Assembly (NCBI RefSeq): GCF_046105845.1
Contig: NZ_CP151004.1
DNA from: Escherichia coli
Lineage (GTDB): Bacteria; Pseudomonadota; Gammaproteobacteria; Enterobacterales; Enterobacteriaceae
Reading direction: 5' to 3' (one strand)
Length of the DNA stretch: 64,000 nucleotides
Position 1 is the first letter of the stretch; each line of letters starts with the position of its first letter. Both the position numbers and the translations under genes were made by a program. Shown here in pieces: positions 13,440-26,129 of the stretch. Below the pieces are notes generated by a model, which made no database searches, had not been told where the DNA came from, and saw only the letters and a list, made by a program, of their open reading frames with translations.

Positions 13440-14855
13440 ATGAAAATCAAAACTCGCTTCGCGCCAAGCCCAACAGGCTATCTGCACGTTGGCGGCGCGC
13501 GTACTGCTCTTTACTCCTGGCTTTTTGCACGTAACCACGGCGGTGAGTTCGTGCTGCGTATTGAAGACACCGATCTTGAGCGTTCCACGCCGGAAGCTAT
13601 CGAAGCCATTATGGATGGCATGAACTGGCTGAGCCTGGAGTGGGATGAAGGTCCGTACTACCAGACCAAACGTTTTGATCGCTACAACGCGGTGATCGAT
13701 CAGATGCTGGAAGAGGGCACAGCTTATAAATGCTATTGCTCTAAAGAGCGCCTGGAAGCGCTGCGCGAAGAGCAAATGGCGAAAGGTGAGAAACCGCGTT
13801 ATGACGGTCGCTGCCGCCACAGCCATGAGCATCATGCTGATGATGAACCGTGCGTTGTACGTTTTGCTAACCCGCAGGAAGGTTCTGTTGTTTTTGACGA
13901 TCAGATCCGTGGTCCGATCGAATTCAGCAACCAGGAGCTGGATGATCTGATTATCCGTCGTACCGATGGTTCTCCAACCTATAACTTCTGTGTGGTGGTT
14001 GACGACTGGGATATGGAAATCACCCACGTTATCCGTGGCGAAGACCATATCAACAACACGCCACGCCAGATCAACATTCTTAAAGCACTGAAAGCGCCGG
14101 TACCGGTTTACGCGCACGTTTCTATGATCAACGGCGATGACGGCAAAAAACTGTCCAAACGTCACGGGGCGGTCAGCGTAATGCAGTATCGTGATGACGG
14201 TTATCTGCCAGAAGCACTGCTGAACTATCTGGTGCGTCTGGGCTGGTCCCACGGCGATCAGGAAATCTTCACTCGTGAAGAGATGATCAAATACTTCACC
14301 CTGAATGCCGTCAGCAAATCTGCCAGTGCGTTCAACACCGACAAGCTGCTGTGGCTGAACCATCACTACATTAACGCGCTACCGCCGGAGTATGTTGCTA
14401 CTCACTTACAGTGGCACATTGAGCAGGAAAATATCGATACCCGTAACGGCCCGCAGCTGGCTGATCTGGTGAAACTGCTGGGCGAACGCTGCAAGACGCT
14501 GAAAGAGATGGCACAGAGCTGCCGTTATTTCTACGAAGATTTTGCTGAGTTCGATGCCGACGCCGCGAAAAAACATCTGCGTCCGGTAGCGCGTCAGCCG
14601 CTGGAAGTGGTTCGTGACAAACTGGCCGCGATTACTGACTGGACCGCTGAAAACGTTCATCACGCTATTCAGGCGACGGCGGATGAGCTGGAAGTGGGTA
14701 TGGGTAAAGTTGGTATGCCGCTGCGTGTCGCCGTAACTGGTGCGGGGCAGTCTCCGGCGCTGGATGTTACCGTTCACGCAATCGGTAAGACCCGCAGTAT
14801 CGAGCGTATCAACAAAGCGCTGGCTTTTATTGCTGAACGCGAAAATCAGCAGTAA
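13440..14855 (+). CDS. gltX: Glutamyl-tRNA synthetase
   Basis: 471-aa ORF with HVGG-type motif ([19 protein letters not shown]) and KLSKR motif; divergent from the tRNA operon. Confidence 0.95.
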   Translation: MKIKTRFAPSPTGYLHVGGARTALYSWLFARNHGGEFVLRIEDTDLERSTPEAIEAIMDGMNWLSLEWDEGPYYQTKRFDRYNAVIDQMLEEGTAYKCYCSKERLEALREEQMAKGEKPRYDGRCRHSHEHHADDEPCVVRFANPQEGSVVFDDQIRGPIEFSNQELDDLIIRRTDGSPTYNFCVVVDDWDMEITHVIRGEDHINNTPRQINILKALKAPVPVYAHVSMINGDDGKKLSKRHGAVSVMQYRDDGYLPEALLNYLVRLGWSHGDQEIFTREEMIKYFTLNAVSKSASAFNTDKLLWLNHHYINALPPEYVATHLQWHIEQENIDTRNGPQLADLVKLLGERCKTLKEMAQSCRYFYEDFAEFDADAAKKHLRPVARQPLEVVRDKLAAITDWTAENVHHAIQATADELEVGMGKVGMPLRVAVTGAGQSPALDVTVHAIGKTRSIERINKALAFIAERENQQ

Positions 14856-14871
14856 TTAGCGCATAAAAGAT

Positions 14872-14905
14872 AAACGGCAGGAGAGATACCCCTGCCGTTT
14901 TTTAT
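14872..14905. terminator. Bidirectional rho-independent terminator between gltX and yfeD
   Basis: Hairpin aacggcagg-agagatacc-cctgccgtt followed by T-run. Confidence 0.7.
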
Positions 14906-15298
14906 TTATTCTGATTCATCTATGTCGAGACGAGCAAGGAAATTACGAATTCCTTCGCGTGACAAAAATTGCGCAACTTTTTCCTGCTCACTGTGAGTCA
15001 TGTTGTCTATTGCGCTGATGATTTGCCGATAAGCAGGAGTGCGAATCCCCGGTGCGTATTCGGCAAGGGGTTCTTCGGCTTCCAGAAGCATCGGCGTGTT
15101 ATGGAAGGCTGGCGTGTTCTGAATAAACTCGCAAACTTGCGTATCGACCAGAATAAGTCTGGCACGACCGCCTTTCACGCCAGGAAACTTTTCCGTTTTC
15201 CAGCCTTTTTCTCTGATCCAACGGTTAACAGTTTGTTTAGCCACACCGAGGCATTCAGCCAGTTCTTCGGTGGTCATTTTATTGCGTAATCTTTTCAT
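14906..15298 (-). CDS. yfeD: DUF1323 putative DNA-binding protein (HTH)
   Basis: 130-aa ORF with HTH-like segment TTEELAECLGVAKQTVNRWIREKGW; paralogous to adjacent yfeC. Confidence 0.75.
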   Translation of the reverse strand: MKRLRNKMTTEELAECLGVAKQTVNRWIREKGWKTEKFPGVKGGRARLILVDTQVCEFIQNTPAFHNTPMLLEAEEPLAEYAPGIRTPAYRQIISAIDNMTHSEQEKVAQFLSREGIRNFLARLDIDESE

Positions 15299-15299
15299 A

Positions 15300-15659
15300 T
15301 TATTTGCTATCGCGAATCCCTAAGCGTTGTAATAATCCGATAATCCCTTCCCGCAGAAGCAAGGATGTAAACTGTTTTTGTTCAACTGGCGTCATCTCTT
15401 TCGCCAGTGTCACCAGCAACACTTCAAGCGGCGCATCACCAGACAGGGCAGGCGCTTCTCCCTGACCTTCTGGACGTTCAGCATTGCGAATATATTCACG
15501 AACCTGTTCATTGACGTGAACCAGTCGGGCTTTGCCACCCTGGACGCCAGGTTTTGGTGACGTTGTCCAGCCTTCCTTGCGTACCCATTTATTAATGGTC
15601 TGGCGGCTATAGCCGGTCAGTCTGGCAAGTTCATCTGGCGTCATCCTCTCCTTGAACAT
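15300..15659 (-). CDS. yfeC: DUF1323 putative DNA-binding protein (HTH)
   Basis: 119-aa ORF with HTH-like segment TPDELARLTGYSRQTINKWVRKEGW. Confidence 0.75.
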   Translation of the reverse strand: MFKERMTPDELARLTGYSRQTINKWVRKEGWTTSPKPGVQGGKARLVHVNEQVREYIRNAERPEGQGEAPALSGDAPLEVLLVTLAKEMTPVEQKQFTSLLLREGIIGLLQRLGIRDSK

Positions 15660-15879
15660 AACAATTCCCTGAATGTATGTGGGTCTATTAGTCGTTCATT
15701 TTATAACACCACTTTACAGGAAACCGTGACATGAATAACTACTGAATGCGAGCGGTTTTCCAAAATTGTTCATTTGCCTGATTTTTCAGCGATTGAAACT
15801 ACACGTTGCAATTTGCCGTTGACACATTCGGGCGGAATTCATATGATGCCGCCCGTCAACTCGACAAGCTTTACGTGAC

Positions 15880-15955
<76 letters not shown>

Positions 15956-15994
15956 AATTTTGCACCCAGCAAATTTGGTACGTAAACGCATCGT

Positions 15995-16070
<76 letters not shown>

Positions 16071-16078
16071 AATTTCCA

Positions 16079-16105
16079 ACCCTCGCTGCAAAGCGGGGGT
16101 TTTTT
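16079..16105 (+). terminator. Rho-independent terminator after the alaX-alaW operon
   Basis: Imperfect GC hairpin ccctcgc-tgcaa-agcgggg followed by T-run. Confidence 0.6.
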
Positions 16106-16277
16106 GTCTCTGCTTTTTGCCGCTTTTGTAATACAGTCTACGTCCGGGTTAGCGCCGCCTGGTGAAAGCATCATTGGATGAAAAATCGGCAACAGGCTGG
16201 CCCCTGTTTGCTTCGCGATGCGAATAAACTTATTATTTGTGTGCCTGAAAACCCCGATCAGTGAGAGTAGTGTACTC

Positions 16278-18467
16278 ATGTTTGTGGAGCATAACCTGAT
16301 AAAAAATATCAAGATATTCACACTAGCGTTTACGCTCACCGTGGTACTTATTCAGCTATCCCGTTTTATTTCGCCACTTGCCATTATCCATTCCAGTTAT
16401 ATCTTTCTGGCGTGGATGCCACTGTGCGTAATGCTGTCAATCTTGTTTATCTTTGGCTGGCGCGGTGTCGTTCCCGTTTTATGCGGGATGTTTTGCACCA
16501 ATCTGTGGAACTTTCATCTCTCTTTTTTACAGACCGCGGTCATGCTCGGCAGCCAGACGTTTGTGGTGTTGTGTGCCTGCGCAATATTACGCTGGCAGCT
16601 GGGGACGCGTTGGCGTTATGGATTGACCAGCCGATATGTCTGGCAACGTCTTTTCTGGCTTGGTTTGGTGACGCCGATCGGCATCAAATGCAGCATGTAT
16701 CTTGTGGGGAGCTTTTTTGATTTCCCGCTAAAGATATCCACCTTTTTCGGCGATGCGGATGCCATTTTCACAGTCGTTGATTTACTAAGCCTTTTCACCG
16801 CTGTGCTGATTTACAACATGCTTTTCTACTATCTCACTCGCATGATTGTAAGTCCCCACTTTGCGCAGATATTGTGGTGCAGGGATATCGCTCCGTCGTT
16901 GGGCAAAGAGAAACGCGCATTTACCTTAAGCTGGCTGGCAGCGTTAAGCGTGCTGCTACTTCTGCTGTGCACACCGTATGAAAATGACTTTATTGCCGGT
17001 TACCTGGTGCCCGTTTTCTTCATTATCTTTACCCTCGGGGTCGGTAAGCTCCGCTATCCGTTTTTAAATCTCACCTGGGCTGTTTCAACGCTTTGCCTTC
17101 TGAATTACAACCAGAACTTTTTGCAAGGGGTGGAAACCGAATATTCGCTGGCATTTATTCTCGCGGTGCTGATTTCCTTTAGCGTTTGCCTGCTCTATAT
17201 GGTGCGCATTTATCATCGCAGTGAATGGCTTAATCGCCGCTGGCATTTGCAGGCGCTGACCGATCCGTTAACGCTCCTACCCAACTTTCGTGCGTTAGAA
17301 CAAGCGCCGGAGCAAGAGGCGGGCAAGAGTTTTTGCTGCCTGCGCATTGATAATCTTGAGTTTATGAGTCGTCATTACGGCTTAATGATGCGCGTTCACT
17401 GTATCCGATCAATTTACCGTACGCTGCTGCCGTTGATGCAGGAAAACGAAAAGTTGTATCAATTGCCGGGTAGTGAACTGCTGTTAGTGCTGAGCGGGCC
17501 GGAAACGGAAGGGCGACTCCAGCATATGGTTAACATCCTGAATAGTCGGCAAATTCACTGGAACAATACCGGGCTGGATATGGGCTATGGTGCTGCCTGG
17601 GGGCGTTTTGATGGAAATCAGGAAACCCTGCAACCCTTGTTGGGGCAGTTAAGCTGGCTGGCGGAGCAATCCTGCGCACATCATCATGTGCTGGCGCTGG
17701 ATAGCAGAGAGGAGATGGTTTCCGGGCAGACCACTAAACAGGTGCTATTGCTGAATACCATTCGTACGGCGTTAGATCAGGGTGATTTGCTGCTCTACGC
17801 CCAGCCAATTCGCAACAAAGAGGGTGAAGGTTATGATGAGATCCTCGCGCGACTGAAATATGACGGCGGCATTATGACCCCGGATAAGTTTCTGCCCCTT
17901 ATTGCTCAGTTTAACCTTAGCGCGCGTTTTGATTTGCAAGTGCTGGAATCCTTGTTGAAGTGGCTGGCAACACACCCTTGCGACAAAAAAGGTCCGCGCT
18001 TTTCAGTCAATTTAATGCCGCTCACGCTGCTGCAAAAGAATATTGCCGGGCGGATTATTCGTCTGTTTAAGCGTTATCACATCTCCCCGCAGGCGGTCAT
18101 TCTTGAGATCACCGAGGAGCAGGCGTTTTCTAACGCAGAAAGCAGCATGTACAACATCGAGCAACTGCATAAGTTTGGCTTCCGGATTGCGATTGATGAC
18201 TTTGGCACCGGCTATGCCAACTACGAACGGTTAAAGCGTTTGCAGGCTGATATCATCAAAATTGATGGTGTCTTTGTGAAAGATATCGTCACGAATACGC
18301 TGGATGCGATGATTGTGAGATCAATTACCGATCTGGCGAAAGCGAAGTCATTGAGTGTGGTCGCGGAGTTTGTCGAGACGCAACAGCAGCAGGCGCTATT
18401 GCATAAGCTCGGGGTGCAATATCTGCAAGGGTATTTGATTGGTCGCCCGCAGCCATTAGCTGATTAA
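16278..18467 (+). CDS. pdeA: Membrane-anchored c-di-GMP phosphodiesterase (MASE1 membrane domain, degenerate GGDEF, EAL); start taken at MFVEHNL
   Basis: N-terminal polytopic membrane region; C-terminal EAL-domain motifs (EITE..., DDFGTGYAN); position as K-12 yfeA. Confidence 0.8.
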   Translation: MFVEHNLIKNIKIFTLAFTLTVVLIQLSRFISPLAIIHSSYIFLAWMPLCVMLSILFIFGWRGVVPVLCGMFCTNLWNFHLSFLQTAVMLGSQTFVVLCACAILRWQLGTRWRYGLTSRYVWQRLFWLGLVTPIGIKCSMYLVGSFFDFPLKISTFFGDADAIFTVVDLLSLFTAVLIYNMLFYYLTRMIVSPHFAQILWCRDIAPSLGKEKRAFTLSWLAALSVLLLLLCTPYENDFIAGYLVPVFFIIFTLGVGKLRYPFLNLTWAVSTLCLLNYNQNFLQGVETEYSLAFILAVLISFSVCLLYMVRIYHRSEWLNRRWHLQALTDPLTLLPNFRALEQAPEQEAGKSFCCLRIDNLEFMSRHYGLMMRVHCIRSIYRTLLPLMQENEKLYQLPGSELLLVLSGPETEGRLQHMVNILNSRQIHWNNTGLDMGYGAAWGRFDGNQETLQPLLGQLSWLAEQSCAHHHVLALDSREEMVSGQTTKQVLLLNTIRTALDQGDLLLYAQPIRNKEGEGYDEILARLKYDGGIMTPDKFLPLIAQFNLSARFDLQVLESLLKWLATHPCDKKGPRFSVNLMPLTLLQKNIAGRIIRLFKRYHISPQAVILEITEEQAFSNAESSMYNIEQLHKFGFRIAIDDFGTGYANYERLKRLQADIIKIDGVFVKDIVTNTLDAMIVRSITDLAKAKSLSVVAEFVETQQQQALLHKLGVQYLQGYLIGRPQPLAD

Positions 18468-18474
18468 CAGGCGT

Positions 18475-18506
18475 AAAAAAGCCGGGGAATGATCCCCGGC
18501 TTTTTT
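18475..18506. terminator. Bidirectional rho-independent terminator between yfeA/pdeA and nupC
   Basis: Hairpin gccgggg-aatgat-ccccggc flanked by A-run and T-run. Confidence 0.75.
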
Positions 18507-18516
18507 ATGTATGGTT

Positions 18517-19719
18517 TTACAGCACCAGTGCTGCGATTGACGCAGACAGCACACTCACCAGGGTAGAGCCGTAAACCAGTTTCAGACCGAAGCGAGAAAC
18601 CACGTTACCTTGCTCTTCATTCAGGCCTTTAACCGCACCAGCGATAATCCCGATAGAAGAGAAGTTAGCGAAGGAAACCAGGAACACAGAGATGATGCCT
18701 TCAGCACGCGGAGAGAGCGTGGAAGCAATTTTCTGCAGATCCATCATCGCAACGAACTCGTTGGAAACCAGTTTGGTCGCCATGATACTGCCCACTTGCA
18801 GTGCTTCACTGGAAGGAACACCCATCACCCATGCAATCGGATAGAAGATGTAGCCCAGGATGCCCTGGAAGGAGATGCTGTAGCCAAACCAGCCAGTCAC
18901 GGTGGCAAACAGTGCGTTCAGCGCGGCGATCAGGGCGATAAAGCCGATCAGCATCGCGGCAACGATAATGGCAACTTTGAAACCTGCCAGAATGTATTCA
19001 CCCAGCATTTCGAAGAAGCTCTGACCTTCGTGCAGGTTGGACATCTGGATGTTTTCTTCACTGGCATCAACACGGTAAGGGTTGATCAGCGACAGCACGA
19101 TAAAGGTGCTGAACATGTTCAGTACCAGCGCCGCAACGACGTATTTCGGTTCCAGCATGGTCATGTATGCACCAACGATGGACATCGACACGGTGGACAT
19201 CGCCGTGGCAGCCATGGTGTACATGCGATTGCGGGAGATTTTGCCGAGGATATCTTTATAGGCAATAAAGTTTTCAGACTGACCCAGAATCAGGGAGCTG
19301 ACGGCGTTAAAGGATTCCAGTTTGCCCATACCGTTGACTTTGGAGAGCAGGAAACCAATTGCGCGGATAATTACCGGCAACACGCGAATGTGCTGGAGAA
19401 TACCGATCAGTGCAGAGATAAAGACGATTGGGCACAGCACTTTCAGGAAGAAGAATGCCAGGCCTTGATCATTCATGCTACCAAAGACGAAGTTAGTCCC
19501 TTCGTTGGCAAATCCGAGCAGTTTTTCGAACATTTCGGAGAAGCCTTTCACGAAGCCTAAACCAACGTCGGAGTTCAGGAAGAACCACGCCAGTAACACT
19601 TCGATAACAAGCAGTTGAATAACATAACGGATACGAATTTTTTTGCGGTCGCTGCTTACCAGCAGTGCGAGAATCGCAACAACGGCAAGTGCCAGTACAA
19701 AATGAAGGACGCGGTCCAT
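18517..19719 (-). CDS. nupC: Nucleoside:H+ symporter NupC (start taken at [14 protein letters not shown])
   Basis: Polytopic membrane ORF recognised as concentrative nucleoside transporter. Confidence 0.9.
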
Positions 19720-19984
19720 ATTTGCTCCAAATATGAGGCAGGTTAAATTTCCGTGCACATTCTATGTAACATGGTTAAGGAAAACGAGATCTGACACACA
19801 CTATAATGACGTCCTGTGACCAGCTTCAAAAATAGTGAGCTGTCATACATTTCTGCTATGTTGTGTATGGAAGCTGAAAGTTATGTAAATGTGCTAACAT
19901 TAAACATAACCATAACATTCAAGTCATCAATCTTTTCGTAGTCATAATCCTGGTCTATCAGAGAAATCACCACAACCCATTTAA

Positions 19985-20005
19985 ATGAATTTGATAATCA
20001 TTCTC
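19985..20005 (+). promoter_or_regulatory. Fur box-like site in the mntH promoter
   Basis: tgaatttgataatcattctcg resembles the GATAATGATAATCATTATC Fur consensus. Confidence 0.55.
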
Positions 20006-20020
20006 GTTTGGCATAGCATG

Positions 20021-20042
20021 AAACATAGCAAAGGCTATGTTT
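20021..20042 (+). promoter_or_regulatory. MntR operator palindrome in the mntH promoter
   Basis: Perfect inverted repeat AAACATAGC-AAAG-GCTATGTTT 13 nt upstream of the mntH start. Confidence 0.7.
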
Positions 20043-20045
20043 TAG

Positions 20046-21293
<1,248 letters not shown>

Positions 21294-21318
21294 TTCAACT
21301 GGCGTCGTACCAGGCATC

Positions 21319-21412
21319 ACTGGCGGATGCGGCGTAAAACGCCTTATCCGCCCTATGCGTTAAAGAGACGGTTTGTAGGTCTGATAAGACGCGCTAGCGT
21401 CGCATCAGGCAT
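21319..21412. repeat. REP/BIME element (two inverted REP units) downstream of mntH
   Basis: ggcggatgcggcgtaaaacgccttatccgccctat and tgtaggtctgataagacgcgctagcgtcgcatcaggc match the E. coli REP palindrome family. Confidence 0.8.
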
Positions 21413-21434
21413 TGTGCTCCATTGGCGAATGTGT

Positions 21435-21761
21435 TTAATGGCGGTGTCCATGTCCGCGGCCTTTTCCACGATGATCGTCACGATCGCGCCAGCCTTCACG
21501 ATAGCCACGCTCATACGCTTTACGCTTATCCCAGCCACGATGGTAGCCATTATCATGACGCCACCAGCGGTTCTTACGCCATTCATAATTGCGATGCCAG
21601 TAGTCACGGTCGCGCCAGTGACCACCGTCCCAGTAATTACCGTAATGATCGCGATCGCCAATTTGTAATTTGATTGATGGCAGTAGGGTGATTTCACCTG
21701 CGTTTGCCGCAAGCGGGGTAAATGCCATCAGGGCGGCCGCCAGAAACAGTGACCTGAACAT
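21435..21761 (-). CDS. ypeC: Secreted His/Arg/Trp/Asp-rich protein YpeC (DUF2502)
   Basis: 108-aa ORF with signal peptide and repetitive charged/aromatic composition. Confidence 0.75.
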
Positions 21762-21875
21762 TGTTATTCTCCTTCACGATCGAAGCCGTCAGCGGCCTGT
21801 TAACGCAATATTACGGGGAGGTAAAGCCCCGTATCATCGCCATAACTCTTAAATCATAAAGGAGAGCATTTTTTG

Positions 21876-23132
21876 CTAAACGTTATCGTGGGGGGGCTGT
21901 TGCTTCGGACGATTGACCATCATCATCGGCTTACCTGCTAATAACAGCCATGCCGGAAGCATGACGATACAGAGCAGCGGTAGCAATGTGGTATTGGGTA
22001 CAACGACTGCCGCCATAAAAAGACTTAACCAGCCATCGCGTGTTACCACCAGCACGATGCCGAGAATAGCGCAGGAAACGGTTATTGCCGCTGGAACGGC
22101 GGGAACGTGCTCATGCAGCATCAACCCTAATGCCACCCCGACAAACACTGCCGGGAAGATTCGCCCACCGCGAAAGCCACTGGCGGCAGCAACGACCAGG
22201 GCGGCAAGTTTAATTACCGCCAGCAAAAAGTAATCGCTGGTGCTGAAAGCCTGATTTGCCACCATCTGCTGCATCTCATCCAGCCCTTTAAACAGCGAAA
22301 CTGGTCCACCCATAACCCCCAGAATACCGAGAATAAATCCGCCAATACCCAGCACGAGCACCGGATTTTTCATTTGATGCATCATCGCGTGCAACCGTGG
22401 TAAGCACCATACGGCGACCATCCCTGCTGCGATGGCAATCGCCGCGACAATTGCACCGCTGAGAATATCGGTCATTTCCATTTTTCCGTAATGCGCAATG
22501 GGCAGTGAAAAATGGGGATGGAAAAATAATCCGGTAGTAAGTGCACCAGCTGCTGCCGCCATTAACGGCGCAAAAAGACGATCCCATAGCGGAACTTCAC
22601 TACTACCATTTAAGGTTTGCGAAAATATCAACGCCGCCGCAACAGGTGTGCCAAACAGTGCGCCGATGGTGCCGGCAGAGGCTAAAATAGTCCACTCCAT
22701 TCGGTTGACGCGCGGTAACAGACGAGCGCCAATGGCAACCGCAAGGGCGATATTGACGGTCATGATCGGATGTTCCGGCCCCAGGCTGACGCCGCCAGCA
22801 AGACCGAGAATTAATGCTACGATAAGTCCAGGTAGCGCAGAGGGCGGAACCGGTGCGCCGATCAGCGGTTCACAGGCGGGGTCTGGTCCAGCATGCCCCT
22901 GGCTGAAACGGATAACCAACCCCACCGCAATACCTGTTAGCGTTAATATGGCGATGATCCAGAAAGGTGAATCCTGAGCTATCCCCAGAGTTCCCGGCAG
23001 TCGTTGCCAGAGCAAATTCTGTAATACCGAGGCGATTTTCATCACCACAATCAGAATAAGACTGGACGCAATCCCAATTGCCACGGCGGGGAGCGATAAT
23101 AACAACATGGTTCTGGCTCGCGGATGGAGCAT
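21876..23132 (-). CDS. yfeO: ClC-like voltage-gated chloride channel family membrane protein
   Basis: 418-aa polytopic membrane ORF; synteny between ypeC and glk. Confidence 0.75.
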   Translation of the reverse strand: MLHPRARTMLLLSLPAVAIGIASSLILIVVMKIASVLQNLLWQRLPGTLGIAQDSPFWIIAILTLTGIAVGLVIRFSQGHAGPDPACEPLIGAPVPPSALPGLIVALILGLAGGVSLGPEHPIMTVNIALAVAIGARLLPRVNRMEWTILASAGTIGALFGTPVAAALIFSQTLNGSSEVPLWDRLFAPLMAAAAGALTTGLFFHPHFSLPIAHYGKMEMTDILSGAIVAAIAIAAGMVAVWCLPRLHAMMHQMKNPVLVLGIGGFILGILGVMGGPVSLFKGLDEMQQMVANQAFSTSDYFLLAVIKLAALVVAAASGFRGGRIFPAVFVGVALGLMLHEHVPAVPAAITVSCAILGIVLVVTRDGWLSLFMAAVVVPNTTLLPLLCIVMLPAWLLLAGKPMMMVNRPKQQPPHDNV

Positions 23133-23335
23133 GTTCTATTCCTTATGCGGGGTCAGATACTTAGTTTGCCCAGCTTGCAAAAAGGCATCGCTGCAATTGG
23201 TGCTGAAACGATAAAGTAATTGTGTGACCCAGATCGATATTTACAGGGAGCCTGCCTTTCCGGCGTTGTTGTTATGCCCCCAGGTATTTACAGTGTGAGA
23301 AAGAATTATTTTGACTTTAGCGGAGCAGTTGAAGA

Positions 23336-24301
23336 ATGACAAAGTATGCATTAGTCGGTGATGTGGGCGGCACCAACGCACGTCTTGCTCTGTGTGATAT
23401 TGCCAGTGGTGAAATCTCGCAGGCTAAGACCTATTCAGGGCTTGATTACCCCAGCCTCGAAGCGGTCATTCGCGTTTATCTTGAAGAACATAAGGTCGAG
23501 GTGAAAGACGGCTGTATTGCCATCGCTTGCCCAATTACCGGTGACTGGGTGGCAATGACCAACCATACCTGGGCGTTCTCAATTGCCGAAATGAAAAAGA
23601 ATCTCGGTTTTAGCCATCTGGAAATTATTAACGATTTTACCGCTGTATCGATGGCGATCCCGATGCTGAAAAAAGAGCATCTGATTCAGTTTGGTGGCGC
23701 AGAACCGGTCGAAGGTAAGCCTATTGCGGTTTACGGTGCCGGAACGGGGCTTGGGGTTGCGCATCTGGTCCATGTCGATAAGCGTTGGGTAAGCTTGCCA
23801 GGCGAAGGCGGTCACGTTGATTTTGCGCCGAATAGTGAAGAAGAGGCCATTATCCTCGAAATACTGCGTGCAGAAATTGGTCATGTTTCGGCGGAACGCG
23901 TGCTTTCTGGCCCAGGACTGGTGAATTTGTATCGCGCAATTGTTAAAGCCGACAACCGCCTGCCAGAAAATCTCAAGCCAAAAGATATTACCGAACGCGC
24001 GCTGGCTGACAGCTGCACCGATTGCCGCCGTGCGTTGTCGCTGTTTTGCGTCATTATGGGCCGTTTTGGCGGCAATCTGGCGCTCAATCTCGGGACATTT
24101 GGCGGCGTGTTTATTGCGGGTGGTATCGTGCCGCGCTTCCTTGAGTTCTTCAAAGCCTCTGGTTTCCGTGCCGCATTTGAAGATAAAGGGCGCTTTAAAG
24201 AATATGTCCATGATATTCCGGTGTATCTCATCGTCCATGACAATCCGGGTCTTCTCGGTTCCGGTGCACATTTACGCCAGACCTTAGGCCACATTCTGTA
24301 A
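23336..24301 (+). CDS. glk: Glucokinase
   Basis: 321-aa [24 protein letters not shown]... recognised as Glk. Confidence 0.95.
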   Translation: MTKYALVGDVGGTNARLALCDIASGEISQAKTYSGLDYPSLEAVIRVYLEEHKVEVKDGCIAIACPITGDWVAMTNHTWAFSIAEMKKNLGFSHLEIINDFTAVSMAIPMLKKEHLIQFGGAEPVEGKPIAVYGAGTGLGVAHLVHVDKRWVSLPGEGGHVDFAPNSEEEAIILEILRAEIGHVSAERVLSGPGLVNLYRAIVKADNRLPENLKPKDITERALADSCTDCRRALSLFCVIMGRFGGNLALNLGTFGGVFIAGGIVPRFLEFFKASGFRAAFEDKGRFKEYVHDIPVYLIVHDNPGLLGSGAHLRQTLGHIL

Positions 24302-24519
24302 CTCCTTCCTGTTATATCGGGAGGTAACTCTCCCGATAATCTTTTAAATCATACAGTTAATTCAATTTTCCTTTGTGTCCCCTCACAAGGCCGACCTGCG
24401 TCACACTTCCGTACAGCGGGATTAATTCTCCAGTAAATGCATTATTTGTCTGGTAACGGCGATTTGTTTTGCACGTTCATAATTTCACTCGTCAACTATC
24501 ACTGAACGAGGAATTAACG

Positions 24520-24846
24520 ATGAGTAAGAAACTGATTGCCTTATGTGCCTGCCCGATGGGCCTGGCTCACACCTTTATGGCCGCTCAGGCGCTGGAAGAA
24601 GCGGCGGTAGAAGCCGGTTATGAAGTGAAAATTGAAACCCAGGGTGCGGACGGCATCCAGAACCGCCTGACGGCGCAGGATATCGCCGAAGCGACCATCA
24701 TCATCCACTCCGTGGCGGTTACCCCGGAAGATAACGAACGTTTCGAATCACGCGACGTTTATGAAATCACTTTGCAGGACGCAATTAAAAATGCTGCGGG
24801 CATCATCAAAGAAATCGAAGAGATGATTGCCTCTGAACAACAGTAA
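24520..24846 (+). CDS. fryB: PTS fructose-like enzyme IIB component (start taken at MSKKLIALCACPMG)
   Basis: Small ORF with Cys phosphorylation-site motif (LCACPMGLAHT) typical of fructose-family EIIB. Confidence 0.85.
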   Translation: MSKKLIALCACPMGLAHTFMAAQALEEAAVEAGYEVKIETQGADGIQNRLTAQDIAEATIIIHSVAVTPEDNERFESRDVYEITLQDAIKNAAGIIKEIEEMIASEQQ

Positions 24847-24867
24847 TATTCGACAGGGATAATTGTT

Positions 24868-26115
24868 ATGGCCATTAAAAAACGCAGTGCAACCGTTGTG
24901 CCTGGCGCATCCGGTGCGGCAGCGGCAGTTAAGAATCCGCAGGCCTCTAAAACCAGCTTCTGGGGTGAACTCCCGCAGCATGTGATGTCAGGGATTTCAC
25001 GCATGGTGCCGACCTTAATTATGGGCGGTGTGATCCTCGCTTTCAGCCAGCTGATTGCTTATAGCTGGCTTAAAATTCCTGCTGAGATCGGCATCATGGA
25101 TGCTCTTAATAGCGGGAAATTCTCCGGTTTCGACCTCTCCTTACTTAAATTTGCCTGGCTGTCGCAGTCCTTCGGCGGCGTGTTGTTTGGTTTCGCCATT
25201 CCGATGTTTGCTGCATTTGTGGCGAACTCTATAGGTGGCAAACTGGCGTTTCCGGCTGGTTTTATCGGCGGCTTGATGTCTACCCAGCCGACGCAACTGC
25301 TGAACTTCGATCCCAGCACTATGCAATGGGCGACCTCTTCGCCGGTGCCGTCCACCTTCATTGGTGCGCTGATTATTTCTATCGTTGCCGGTTACCTTGT
25401 GAAATGGATGAACCAGAAAATCCAGTTACCGGATTTCCTGTTAGCGTTCAAAACCACATTTTTGCTACCGATTCTTTCCGCCATTTTTGTCATGCTGGCG
25501 ATGTACTACGTCATCACCCCCTTTGGCGGCTGGATCAACGGCGGTATTCGTACCGTGCTGACTGCCGCAGGTGAGAAGGGCGCGCTGATGTACGCGATGG
25601 GGATCGCCGCGGCGACAGCAATCGACCTTGGTGGCCCGATCAACAAAGCCGCAGGTTTCGTTGCCTTCAGCTTTACCACGGACCACGTATTACCGGTCAC
25701 CGCACGTTCTATCGCTATCGTTATTCCGCCGATTGGTCTGGGTCTGGCGACCATTATTGACCGTCGTTTAACCGGCAAACGCCTGTTCAGTGCTCAGCTT
25801 TATCCGCAGGGTAAAACCGCCATGTTCCTGGCCTTTATGGGGATCAGTGAAGGTGCGATTCCGTTTGCACTGGAAAGCCCCATCACCGCCATTCCGTCGT
25901 ATATGGTCGGCGCGATTGTCGGCTCAACCGCCGCTGTCTGGCTGGGCGCAGTGCAATGGTTCCCGGAATCCGCTATCTGGGCATGGCCACTGGTCACTAA
26001 CCTCGGCGTCTACATGGCGGGGATCGCGCTGGGGGCAGTCATAACTGCGCTGATGGTGGTGTTCCTGCGTCTGATGATGTTCCACAAAGGTAAATTGTTA
26101 ATCGATAGCCTGTAA
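24868..26115 (+). CDS. fryC: PTS fructose-like enzyme IIC permease component
   Basis: 415-aa polytopic membrane ORF downstream of fryB. Confidence 0.85.
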   Translation: MAIKKRSATVVPGASGAAAAVKNPQASKTSFWGELPQHVMSGISRMVPTLIMGGVILAFSQLIAYSWLKIPAEIGIMDALNSGKFSGFDLSLLKFAWLSQSFGGVLFGFAIPMFAAFVANSIGGKLAFPAGFIGGLMSTQPTQLLNFDPSTMQWATSSPVPSTFIGALIISIVAGYLVKWMNQKIQLPDFLLAFKTTFLLPILSAIFVMLAMYYVITPFGGWINGGIRTVLTAAGEKGALMYAMGIAAATAIDLGGPINKAAGFVAFSFTTDHVLPVTARSIAIVIPPIGLGLATIIDRRLTGKRLFSAQLYPQGKTAMFLAFMGISEGAIPFALESPITAIPSYMVGAIVGSTAAVWLGAVQWFPESAIWAWPLVTNLGVYMAGIALGAVITALMVVFLRLMMFHKGKLLIDSL

Positions 26116-26129
26116 GAAGGACAATCCTG

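Noticed and set aside
16218-16277. Upstream extension of the yfeA/pdeA ORF (MRINLLFVCLKTPISESSVL...)
   Set aside because: Extension is not part of the annotated protein as I recall it; start taken at MFVEHNL.
21327-21712. Three overlapping ORFs (113, 119, 83 aa) across the mntH-ypeC spacer and ypeC
   Set aside because: They run through the REP/BIME palindromes and alternative frames of the His/Arg-rich ypeC; repetitive codons generate open frames artefactually.
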